Part shown: piece by piece, positions 9,095-18,100 of the stretch
Layout of the letters: every line of letters starts with the position of its first letter
Numbering within the stretch: the first letter of the stretch is position 1
Assembly (NCBI GenBank): GCA_964385175.1
Contig: CAYLNL010000001.1
Location: 284,593 to 348,592, forward strand
Length of the DNA stretch: 64,000 bases
Reading direction: 5' to 3'
DNA from: an uncultured Flavobacteriaceae bacterium
GTDB taxonomy: Bacteria; Bacteroidota; Bacteroidia; Flavobacteriales; Flavobacteriaceae
Made by a program: the position numbers and the translations under genes
Notes under the pieces: generated by a model
What the model was told of the DNA's origin: nothing
Database searches by the model: none
What the model saw: the letters and a program-made list of their open reading frames with translations, nothing else

Positions 9095-9788
9095 TTTGTA
9101 AATAAGGATTTAAGTATTTCTGAAGCTCCGTATGAGAGAGAATACAAATTCCTCTTGTCTTTGAAAATATTTGAATTGTCTGTGTAATTAATTTTACATC
9201 AATCACACTTTTGGTTTCCGTCTTGTAAATTATGTCCTGAATGAAACTGCTAATCAGAAGTGGAGCACTGATGACAGTTAAAATTGTATTTACTCTGCCG
9301 ACCTTTGCATTTCGTGTTTTGAAGTCAGGTTTATTATCTGTGATGTGATATTTTACATCTTCATTCCAGCTTAGCAAGCCAATGAAGTGAAGATATTCCA
9401 ACAAGCTGATTTCTTTATGGTCAATAAGAAAACAAATCCTATATAACAGCACCAAAACTTTTTTAAAAGTAAGTTGAATGATAATTGAAATTTTAATGAG
9501 GTATTCCCAAATTTTATCAAATGTCCAACTATCTGTTTCGCTTATGTTGTCTTTGCCAACATTGGGAAATATGTCGTGAATGTTTGGATTTACTCGTAGT
9601 GTTTCCTTCCATGGTTTGAAAAAGTATGCCTCTTTCTGATTGGGCAAAGTAGGAATCAAATGTTTATTCGGTTTTGCTATCGTCCCCCGAACAAATGCCA
9701 TTGCCTCTTCAATCCGCATCTCTCGCTGCTTAATAAATTCGCGTGTGCTTCTAAATATCCTGGTTGTTATTATTTCTTGTTGAACCAT
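9078..9788 (-). CDS. Hypothetical protein; candidate cognate type II restriction endonuclease by position only
   Basis: Its 3' end overlaps the methyltransferase start by 17 nt on the same strand. I recognise no motif. I take the ATG at 9788; a TTG at 9812 is also possible. Confidence 0.35.
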   Translation of the reverse strand: MVQQEIITTRIFRSTREFIKQREMRIEEAMAFVRGTIAKPNKHLIPTLPNQKEAYFFKPWKETLRVNPNIHDIFPNVGKDNISETDSWTFDKIWEYLIKISIIIQLTFKKVLVLLYRICFLIDHKEISLLEYLHFIGLLSWNEDVKYHITDNKPDFKTRNAKVGRVNTILTVISAPLLISSFIQDIIYKTETKSVIDVKLITQTIQIFSKTRGICILSHTELQKYLNPYLQNGDTK

Positions 9789-9885
9789 TATTAATTCAAA
9801 ATTATTCGTCAAACTTAGTCAAAAAAACGGTTGGATTTATGCACACACGTTCAAGTGAGCGAGCGAAGCAGGATTGCCGCTAACG

Positions 9886-10040
9886 ACCCCTGCTGCCCGA
9901 AGTCTCCCGGCTTCGGGGCTAAAACAAAACCCGTTCCTGTGCAGGCACGCGCCTATGCGCACGTGGGAATGGGTGTGACGCTCGCGCCGGTGAGAAGGAA
10001 ATAGTATCTCGCAAAGCCGGGAAACTTTGCGGAGTGGAAA
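9886..10040 (+). repeat. GC-rich mosaic hairpin repeat, copy D (M1-M2-M3-M4); a detached M6 lies at 10165-10193
   Basis: CCCGAAGTCTCCCGGCTTCGGG..AAAACAAAACC..GTGCAGGCACGCGCC..GTGTGACGC..GAGAAGGAAATAGTATCTCGCAAAGCCGGGAAACTTTGCGGAGTGG. Further on is TACCACCGGAAAGGATTCGGGCGGGAGC. Confidence 0.9.
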
Positions 10041-10230
10041 ATTCCCCGGCGTGCGCGAGTGCCCAACGCAACTCCCAGAAACAGCCGGTTTACCCTAAAT
10101 TAGTTTTTGGGACATTTGTTTCTGCTGCGTACTTTCGCAGAGTCGGATACGGAGAGTTATAACAATACCACCGGAAAGGATTCGGGCGGGAGCAGTGGCG
10201 GCGCTGATGAGAGTGGGGGAGTGGGCTTCG

Positions 10231-11232
10231 TTAATCTTCATCGTCCACAAGTCGCCAAAAGCGCTTTAACGGCAACTCGGCTTTAAACTCGTCACTAAAG
10301 TTGTCGTAGTGTTTGAATATATTTTCAAGAATGTCGTCCGCAGTCCACAAGCGAATAAAGAAGAACTCCTCTTTAGCTTCAGAAAGAACCTTGCTATTGA
10401 AACCGCTCCACGAAACAAGCAGTCCCAATTCTGCTTTTACTTTTCTCATTACACCTTGCAACTCACGGAGGATTTTTACATCAACTTGAGTTGTCGTAGA
10501 TTTTACTTGAACACAAATTCTCGGTTGCTCAAAACCTAAAGTCCCAGAAGCTGCAAGAATGTCAAGTCCACCGTCTGCACCAGGCGGTGAAAGTTGTGTC
10601 GTGTAACCTTGTGCTTTTAGAATTTGCTCTACAAGTTTTGCGAAGTCGTGTCCTTTGAACTTACGGTCAATTACTTTTATTATTTGGTCTTTGGCGAAAC
10701 GCTCAACATTAAAATCTTCTTCTGCTTCCAATGAAATAGTGTTGGTTTTTTGTGTCGGGATTGTTTTGCCCTCTATCAAAGCAAGAATTCTCTCTACTGC
10801 TTGCACTCTTGAAACTTGTGAAACTGTCAGTAAAGAGCCAAAGGAATACAAAATGTCTTGGTCAAATCTTACTCGGGGAATTGTCGCTAACCACTTAACA
10901 GGTCGCCAATGAATAACGTCCGCTTTCTTTTCGTATTTGTAGTCGCCAGTAACTTTGCCAATGTGAATTACAGGTTGAAACTTTGAAGGAAGTGCAACAA
11001 GGTCTCCGTTTGCGATTTCGTTTTTAAACCGCCAAATCTGTCCAACAGTAATACCAATTTTCACATTGCTTGTCTGCTCGTAGAGTTCTTGATACTTGTC
11101 AAAAAGGTCGTCCCTTGTTTTGAACTGTGTCAAGTCAGGCAGGTCGTCCCAACCGATTGTGATAAGTTTTTCGTCAAGGCAAGTTTGTTCTTGCTGTCCG
11201 TGCCGCCCTGCTCTAACTGTCCATAGTTTCAT
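10231..11232 (-). CDS. Mrr-cat family restriction endonuclease with an N-terminal putative reader domain (type IV-like)
   Basis: C-terminal GGLDILA...ICVQVKS (D..QxK Mrr catalytic core). The N-terminal ~150 aa (KLWTVRAGRHGQ..GDLVALP..IHIGKVTGDYKY..WRPVKW) resembles small beta-barrel reader domains. Confidence 0.7.
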   Translation of the reverse strand: MKLWTVRAGRHGQQEQTCLDEKLITIGWDDLPDLTQFKTRDDLFDKYQELYEQTSNVKIGITVGQIWRFKNEIANGDLVALPSKFQPVIHIGKVTGDYKYEKKADVIHWRPVKWLATIPRVRFDQDILYSFGSLLTVSQVSRVQAVERILALIEGKTIPTQKTNTISLEAEEDFNVERFAKDQIIKVIDRKFKGHDFAKLVEQILKAQGYTTQLSPPGADGGLDILAASGTLGFEQPRICVQVKSTTTQVDVKILRELQGVMRKVKAELGLLVSWSGFNSKVLSEAKEEFFFIRLWTADDILENIFKHYDNFSDEFKAELPLKRFWRLVDDED

Positions 11233-11438
11233 ATTTTGTCGTAAAAGTTTGAAGTTCGCACTGTTGCCAAATTATAGCCACTAACGGTTTCGGGCTTTGC
11301 GTTCGGGCGGGATTTCAGGGCAAAAAACTGTCAATCCAGCGCTAAGGTTAAATTGAAAAACTGCATTTGACTTTATCATCGTCACTCCGCATGACGCCAA
11401 ACGTGTGTTGGCGGTTCGTGCTTCTTTTCCTTCGTTGG

Positions 11439-11935
11439 TTAGGTCAAGGAACATTGGAATTTAATGTCTAACTCGTCAATAAATTGGAAGTCGTTTATCC
11501 ATCTAATTCCCATGTTGTCACAAACGTTGGGTATTTTTATTTTATTCGAGTTTAAAGCGGTTACTTTTTCTTCTTTGGTAACGATAATCGCATTTTCGTG
11601 TAAAGCATGAGCAATAACCCAAGGGTCAGCTAATGAACGAGTTTTGTATTATCGACTAACAGCGGATAATCTTGTAAAATTTTACGAATGTGTATTGTAA
11701 CGGATTCGCTAATTTTATTGATTGGGATTTTGCTCCCTTTCAACCATTTTGAGAGGTCGTCTTCTGTCCGAATGATTTCTTCGTAAACCAATTCAGGAAC
11801 AAAAATCTTTCCGTTTTTTCCGAGTTCGGTTAAGATTTTCCAATAATCAGGGCAAAATTTTGGGTTGTAGTATTTTTGCCATGCTTGGATTAACACATTG
11901 GCATCCAAACAATATTTGTTTGCCTTTGTGCTCAT
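11439..11935 (-). pseudogene. DUF4411-type PIN-like protein, split by a frameshift near 11630
   Basis: The 101-aa ORF (CLDANVLIQAWQKYY...) stops at TAG 11630-11632. The next frame (11439..11630) reads ADPWVIAHALHENAIIVTKEE..KIKIPNVCDNMGIRWINDFQF, the expected C-terminal half. Together they give ~164 aa. Confidence 0.7.
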
Positions 11936-13110
11936 CTAAATAATTGGGATTCGAGTTTTGGAAATTTATTTACTTGAACATTTAACAGATTACTGGCTAA
12001 TGTAGGCTCGATAAATCCACCACGAAATGCATCTAAAACAGTTTGAGTAAATAGTCTGCTATTTCTGTTTAGTTGTAACAAAAAGTAATTCGGTCCGCCT
12101 GATTTATCCTTTTCTTTTTGCTTGGCTTTATTTTCGGCTTCTCTTTTCGAATATTCGGCATAATCGATGTCAGCTTGTTTTTTTAACTTCTGATATGTTG
12201 GTGTCGGAATAATATTAAGATTCAATGCACGAACTAAGAGAGCAAATGAACTTACACCTAATTGCTTTGCAACCTTGAAAACATCTTTAGAGGTTTGAAA
12301 AGAAGTTGAATCAAAACTCAAAACAATTTCTTTTGGCATTAAAGCATTTGCCGCAACTTCATTGCAGAATAATTCTACTGGATGAAACTTGTCTTTGTGT
12401 TTTATGTCGGGCTCAACTTCATTTGAAATGCCTGTTTCAGCTATCCAAATGTGAGCTAACTCATGAACAAGTGTAAATAATTGTGGTGCATTCCAATCGT
12501 CCGAGTTTACAAAAACGAAAGGTGCGTATGGGTCAGCAATTGCAAAACCTTGCAACTCTTCCGAATCTAGTTTAAGACGGGAGTGAATAAAACTTGTTCT
12601 TGAAACAAAAATGCTATTCGTTTCTGCTGCATCAATCCATTCTTTAATTGGGTTGTCTGTCTTGTAGGATGCAGGATTTATTTTTAATGTATCAAGAATG
12701 TCTTTTGCTACAGTTTGAGGATTATCCTTTATTGAATAGCGACCTACAAAAGCTAATTTGTCTTCTTGATTTTCTGAATAAACATCGCTTATCCAAGCTT
12801 GCTTTTGTTGGATTTCTCTGATGATAAAAATTGAAGATGTTGTCAGATTTTTTGAGCCTGATTTTCTGAAGTCTTGAAGTGGCTGAAAGTCACGAGGAAC
12901 ATCTGGTAAAAAGAATAAAGCAAATGGTCTTTTATAAGCTTTAGCAAGCGTTTGTGCTTGTCTTATTGTCGGATGATTTGTCCCTGCTTCCCACTCTTTC
13001 AATTTGTCAACCGTTACGGAAACTTTGGCAGCAGCAGTTTCTTCGGTCATTCTTGCCGATTCTCTTGCCCATTTAAGAACATTTGGTGTTATGTATGCTT
13101 TGTCTGCCAT
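11932..13110 (-). CDS. XRE-HTH plus ImmA/IrrE (COG2856) zinc metallopeptidase fusion
   Basis: N-terminal HTH (LKWARESARMTEETAAAKVSV) and the HExxH motif LVHELAHIW. Its stop overlaps the start of the DUF4411 gene. Confidence 0.85.
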   Translation of the reverse strand: MADKAYITPNVLKWARESARMTEETAAAKVSVTVDKLKEWEAGTNHPTIRQAQTLAKAYKRPFALFFLPDVPRDFQPLQDFRKSGSKNLTTSSIFIIREIQQKQAWISDVYSENQEDKLAFVGRYSIKDNPQTVAKDILDTLKINPASYKTDNPIKEWIDAAETNSIFVSRTSFIHSRLKLDSEELQGFAIADPYAPFVFVNSDDWNAPQLFTLVHELAHIWIAETGISNEVEPDIKHKDKFHPVELFCNEVAANALMPKEIVLSFDSTSFQTSKDVFKVAKQLGVSSFALLVRALNLNIIPTPTYQKLKKQADIDYAEYSKREAENKAKQKEKDKSGGPNYFLLQLNRNSRLFTQTVLDAFRGGFIEPTLASNLLNVQVNKFPKLESQLFR

Positions 13111-13192
13111 TTAGGTCTCAAAAATACAAATTTTAAGGTCGGTTTTGCCAAAATACTAATGTTTTGTCGATAGCTGTCGGTTTTTAGCATGA

Positions 13193-13312
13193 CCGCCAAC
13201 GACGAGCGGCCTCACGCAGTTCGCCTGTGGCGAATTGTGTGAAACCGATGTTGTGAGAAGTCCCCAAGGGCTTCTCACGGCATCGCCGTGAAGCCGCTCG
13301 TCGTTGTGGCGG
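13193..13312. repeat. 120-bp imperfect palindrome (long bulged stem plus internal hairpins)
   Basis: The left arm CCGCCAACGACGAGCGGCCTCACG pairs with the right arm CGTGAAGCCGCTCGTCGTTGTGGCGG, leaving one bulge. Inner hairpins are TTCGCC/GGCGAA and GTGAGAAG/CTTCTCAC. A left-arm-only copy lies at 19501-19540. Confidence 0.85.
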
Positions 13313-13470
13313 AAGCCCGCAGGGATTTCGCCACAACGGTTTGCAGCTACCCGAAGGTGGCGATTTCGAAGCACTAAACTGTCAACCAAGCACAAACTTT
13401 GATAGAAGCACAAGGCTTGATTTAACCACTGAACCGCCACTTTTGGGTAGGTGCTGTTATGCCTTCGTGC

Positions 13471-14748
13471 TTATCTCAAAACTCTTATCGCCTTTACTGG
13501 CCAATTAGAAAATTCTGCATCTTCAATGTCATAAATTTCTATTTTCCCCTTGTCTTTAAGTACATTAACTTGAGCGTAAGTTGGTCCAAATGAATAACCC
13601 TTGCTCCCTAAAACGTTTGTCACAAAAGATTTAAGCCCAATAAATGTAAGTCCCTTTGACTTTAAAGTATCTTCTGCTCGGATTAATTCTCTTAGTAATT
13701 CATCTTCACTAATTATTTCAAAATTGTTGTCAAGCGTGGTTGGTAAATCAATTTTCCCTATTACTTTTAAGCCTATTCCTGAAATATTTGACTCTTTACT
13801 TTGTTCTGATTCAATTAATGCGTTCGAAGTCTTAATCATTGCTTCCTGCTCTTCAACAGAAAATCTGAAATCGTCTATCTTGTTCTCGGCTTTTATAACT
13901 ATATCTTTAATTTCGGTGTATAGTTCATTAGCAGAATCTAAATCTGGTTGGATAAATAAGTTGTTATGAGCTACTTTGTTCCTTAGTTGAAAAAGAAGCT
14001 TCCATTTTTTATCAAAATTAAAATCTTTGAAATGTTGCTTAAAAAATCGATTGTAATTACCATCTAAATCCTGTTTTAATTTTTGTAATTCATCTTCAGA
14101 ATTAATTGATAAAATTTTATCAACAAGATTTTCTGGTTTATTAAATCCTAATTTATGTTTATAGATTATTTCACCTAAATCATTAAAGTCAATTAAGGTC
14201 ATGTCTGTTTCAACTATTTTAGAAAATACCGTCTCATTGTCTTGTCTCAATTTAGTCTTTTCAATGACTTTATCTGGTACAGCTTGTTTCCACCAATCTA
14301 AACCCACTTTTTGAGTGAAAAATTTTGCAAGATACCTTCGTAAAATATTTTCAAGTTCATTTATCAATGGATAAATTTTGTTTGATATTTCTGTTGAAAC
14401 ATCGTCAGTTAATATCCTAATATGGTCAAATCGCAATCTACTTTTCAAGTGCAAAACAAGCGGGTAACGAAACTTCTCTAATTTATCGAAGTCATTGCAG
14501 GTTGTCTTAATAATGAATGCTGATTCATACAAGTTATAAAGAACAGAACTTGTGTCAACGGGCTTTATTCTAAGACTAAGGTTTTTGTCCTTTATGTATT
14601 TTTTACCTTTTTCATCAATTTCTTCTGGGTTTTCCCATAATTTTTCTGTAGATAAAAGTCCATACAACAAGCTTTTAGTAGATTGAATCTCGCTATTACC
14701 ATTTGGGTCTATAATTAGCAATTCAAAAGTGTAATCTCTTTTATTCAT
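13471..14748 (-). CDS. Swt1-like HEPN domain protein (predicted RNase) with unknown N- and C-terminal domains
   Basis: ELENILRRYL..VGLDWWKQAVP..LIDFNDLGEII..LFQLRNKVAHNNLF (Rx4H). Single-gene, AT-rich cassette. Confidence 0.7.
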   Translation of the reverse strand: MNKRDYTFELLIIDPNGNSEIQSTKSLLYGLLSTEKLWENPEEIDEKGKKYIKDKNLSLRIKPVDTSSVLYNLYESAFIIKTTCNDFDKLEKFRYPLVLHLKSRLRFDHIRILTDDVSTEISNKIYPLINELENILRRYLAKFFTQKVGLDWWKQAVPDKVIEKTKLRQDNETVFSKIVETDMTLIDFNDLGEIIYKHKLGFNKPENLVDKILSINSEDELQKLKQDLDGNYNRFFKQHFKDFNFDKKWKLLFQLRNKVAHNNLFIQPDLDSANELYTEIKDIVIKAENKIDDFRFSVEEQEAMIKTSNALIESEQSKESNISGIGLKVIGKIDLPTTLDNNFEIISEDELLRELIRAEDTLKSKGLTFIGLKSFVTNVLGSKGYSFGPTYAQVNVLKDKGKIEIYDIEDAEFSNWPVKAIRVLR

Positions 14749-14902
14749 ATCTTATTTTTATTTATGTGTCTTTAGCATGTGGCATAACGTTTAGATAAAC
14801 GCAAATATAGAAAAAACAGCATATAAAACCCTGCCGATTGCGTCTATCCAGCTAATTTTACAGGATAAAACGAAACGGGTTCCGGCGTTGCGTTTATCCA
14901 AA

Positions 14903-15062
14903 TCTCCCCGCTCCCCGAAGTTTCCCGATTTGGAAACGAAAACAAAAACCACTCCCGCGCAGGCACTCCTGTATGTGCGCGGGTGCGGGCGCACGAGCGT
15001 GACGCTGGCGCCGGTGAGAGTGAGGGGGTGGTACGAGCCATAAGGCTTGTACTGGCGGGAGG
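14903..15062 (+). repeat. GC-rich mosaic hairpin repeat, copy E (M1-M2-M3-M5)
   Basis: CCCGAAGTTTCCCGATTTGG..AAAACAAAAACC..CCCGCGCAGGCACTCCTGTATGTGCGCGGG..CACGAGCGTGACGC..GGTACGAGCCATAAGGCTTGTAC. Confidence 0.9.
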
Positions 15063-15146
15063 CTTATTTTTTTCAGCCTGTTTATGGACGCATTGTAATG
15101 GTTTCCAAAACCTGGATTACCGGGTTCCGGAAGACCGGTTATTTGT

Positions 15147-18100
15147 TTATGGGAGCGATTGTACCCAATGATTAAGCCGCGCGGGAACAACGGTAAATTT
15201 TATATTCCGCCCGGCGCCGCCTACGCTGGCTCTAATTATATTTTGTATTTCGGCAGGAACAGGAATAGGGGTAACGATGTGAAAATCTAGGTCCCATACT
15301 TGTTGCCAAACATCCATTCCCTGCCGCCCAACACGTTCGCTAAGGATGTTGTATTGTATTTGCCGTCCTTTTTCGATGGAATTTACTGCCTGCCGAACCC
15401 GGTGTGTAACTGTATCTACATCTTTTAATATATTTCCCAGTTTCCCGCCTTCCTGTGGCCAAAAAGTCCAGTACTTAGAATCGGCGCCTTTTAAATCACT
15501 CATACACAAATGGTCGGCTTCGGGGGCTACTGTTTTTTTCTCAGCCACTTTAAATTTGTCGCCCCAACGGGTCTGGCGGTAAGGGGTATGTATTTCCCGT
15601 TTGGTTACCCCTGCCCAGGCGCTATCCGTAGCTGCCAAATCGGCTTCTGCCTGTACCTGGTATAAGTCGGTTGACTTCCTGCCCCCGAACTTGTCGTTTT
15701 GGGCTGGGAGGATTCCTTCATCCATCATTTTACTCAATTGTTGCTTTTCTAAATTTCTGCCTATGTACAGTTCGTTCAGCCTGTCCACGTGCATGGCATG
15801 CCGGGTTCTTGCGCTTTGTAGTTCCTGTCTTCGCAAATCAAGGCTCTTTTCCTGTCGCACCATCCCGCGTTCCCATGATTGCATCTCCTGGGTAACGGCT
15901 TTTAAAGAAGGGTCATCTGCCCGGCGTTGTATTTCGGCTTTTAATTTCTCTTTAGTGGCTTTTATGTCGTCTTCGAGTTTTGTGATTCGTTGTTCAAGAG
16001 ATTCTATATCATCTAACGCTTTTTGCGCCTGGCTGAGGATTTTCTGTTCTGCCTTAACGCTTTTACTGAAGAGGCTGGCCATTTGGGAGCGCAGTTGCCG
16101 GCAGGTTGCTGCCTGTATTGAGAAAATATCTTCTAAGTAGGCTCTTTCCATGGTGGTTGCATACCAATCTAAATGGTTAATCGCCTGCCGTTCTAATGCT
16201 CTGGCGGCTTTGGCATATCTTCTAAAAGCAAGTCCAAGAGGCAATAGTGAGGCAACAACCACGGCGCCTCCTGCAAGCCGCTCCAGCATACTAACTTTCC
16301 TGCCCTCCAGGTCTCGTCCTGTGTAGGCTGTGTAAGCCCCGATATGGGGGGCGGCAATGATTTCTACCGCGGTAGAGAGCATAATCCAATAATTTCTGTC
16401 ATATCGTTCCCGCGCTGTAATGCTGATGACTGTATCAATTTCTTCGGCTTCTTTTTTACAGGTATACATTATCCTGGTGTTTTTGAGAGCATTCGGCATT
16501 TTGTGCACCGTAACGGGAATTTCTTCCATAGCGCCCAACTCTGCAACCGGGAGTTCTAAAAGTTCTAAGTATTTATGGGTAATGGCAATGGGTAGTTCAT
16601 ACACAGGGTGAGGTTCATCTAACCAGGCAATGGCATTGGCAATCATTCTTCCCTTCAGGTGCAATTCCCGTTGTTGTTCCTGGGAAAGCCCTTCTGCCTG
16701 CCGGGTTTTGAGGTTCACCTGGCGAAGCGTGTTTAGTAGAGGGTATAGTTGTGCGTTTTGTCCTCTCAAAGCATCTTTGTACACCGGAACTTCTACCTGG
16801 TGCTGCTGGAAGCGTAAGACCACCTTATCGCCATCTTCCCGATAAATTGCTTCCCAGGGTTCTTTACTTTCATAGGAACCTTTTTTGTATGTTTCGGGGA
16901 GTTCCCATTCATGGCTATCTTCCTTAGGGTCGATTACCGTTACAGGCACTTTTCCCGATATTCCCCTTCCGTCTGCTCTTCCCGGCGCTACCCTAAAGGT
17001 GGTATTCTCTCCTTCTACAAGATAAACGGCGGGTTTAAACTCATGATTCAGAATGCTGAGATAGGTTGGGGCCACGAGGTCAACAGTAAATTCAATGGCT
17101 TCGGAAGAAACCAGGGGGGCGAGCGTTGCATCTTCCACAACAGGGAAAAGTTTATATTGGGTGGCGTGCAGCTGATCTGATAAGGGGAGTCCATCTTCTA
17201 CGGGGATAAACCCGCCAAAAGATGCTTCAAGGAATTTCAACTCGGTTACACCTTCTGCATCGGTAACAGTACAGGGCATACTTCCTTCAAAGTTTTCAAT
17301 GTGCCATGCTATGCGACAATTGGGTATAGGGTCGTCAAATTCGTCAATAACCCGTACCGAGAGCGCTCCGTGGATGCCCGCCTGGGGATCAATCACTACC
17401 TCCTGGGGGCCATTTCTCGTAATGCGAATGCCGGGTAAATCGGGAATTTCCGGCAGCTCTGGCCAGGAAATCAGAAATGTCTCAATAGTTTCATTCCATT
17501 GAAGGGTCAAAATTCCTTCAGCAGGTACTTGCATGCTGAGAATTCCAAGTAATGAGGCATATTCGGGCAGGACCAAATCAATTGGTTCGGAAAGATACAC
17601 GGTATCTGAACGGTAGGGTTGCAGTTTGACACTGAGGGAGCTTCCCGCTGTACTGCTGAGCATGACGGACACTTCTTGCAGGGGAGGTTTTTTAAAAACG
17701 GCCTTGACGCGAAGGAGCTCGTGAGGATGCAACCGGGTTACTGCTACCGATGGGTCTAACCTGGTGATGGAAAGAACAACATCTTGCTCTTCCTCTCTTT
17801 CATTGTCTTTTCTCAACCGTCTTTGCCTTAAACGCATCATGCCGTATGCAACCGCTCCGATACCTCCTGCCAGGGCTGCTATTCCAATGATTTTAACCCA
17901 CTTTCGGGAGCCGCTCCATGGAGTTCCCAAATTTCCCCAAAAAAATACGCGGGTTACCGGCAGTTCATTTCCTTTCCACTTGATTTCTAAGGAGGTAATT
18001 TTTGTAGCTCCTTCCGGGATAAGCATATTTCCATTGTAATCTAAGGTTTCCCCGTTGTTGAAATGGAGTTTAATATAGGCAACACTTTGTTCGGGATAGT

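Noticed and set aside
13156-13440. 94-aa ORF on the minus strand
   Set aside because: It is made up of the 120-bp palindrome and adjacent hairpins, and both strands give similar open frames. It is not coding.
15346-18039. Many + strand ORFs (60-179 aa) inside the 1110-aa gene
   Set aside because: A single uninterrupted 3.3-kb minus-strand frame with a coherent domain layout explains the region better.
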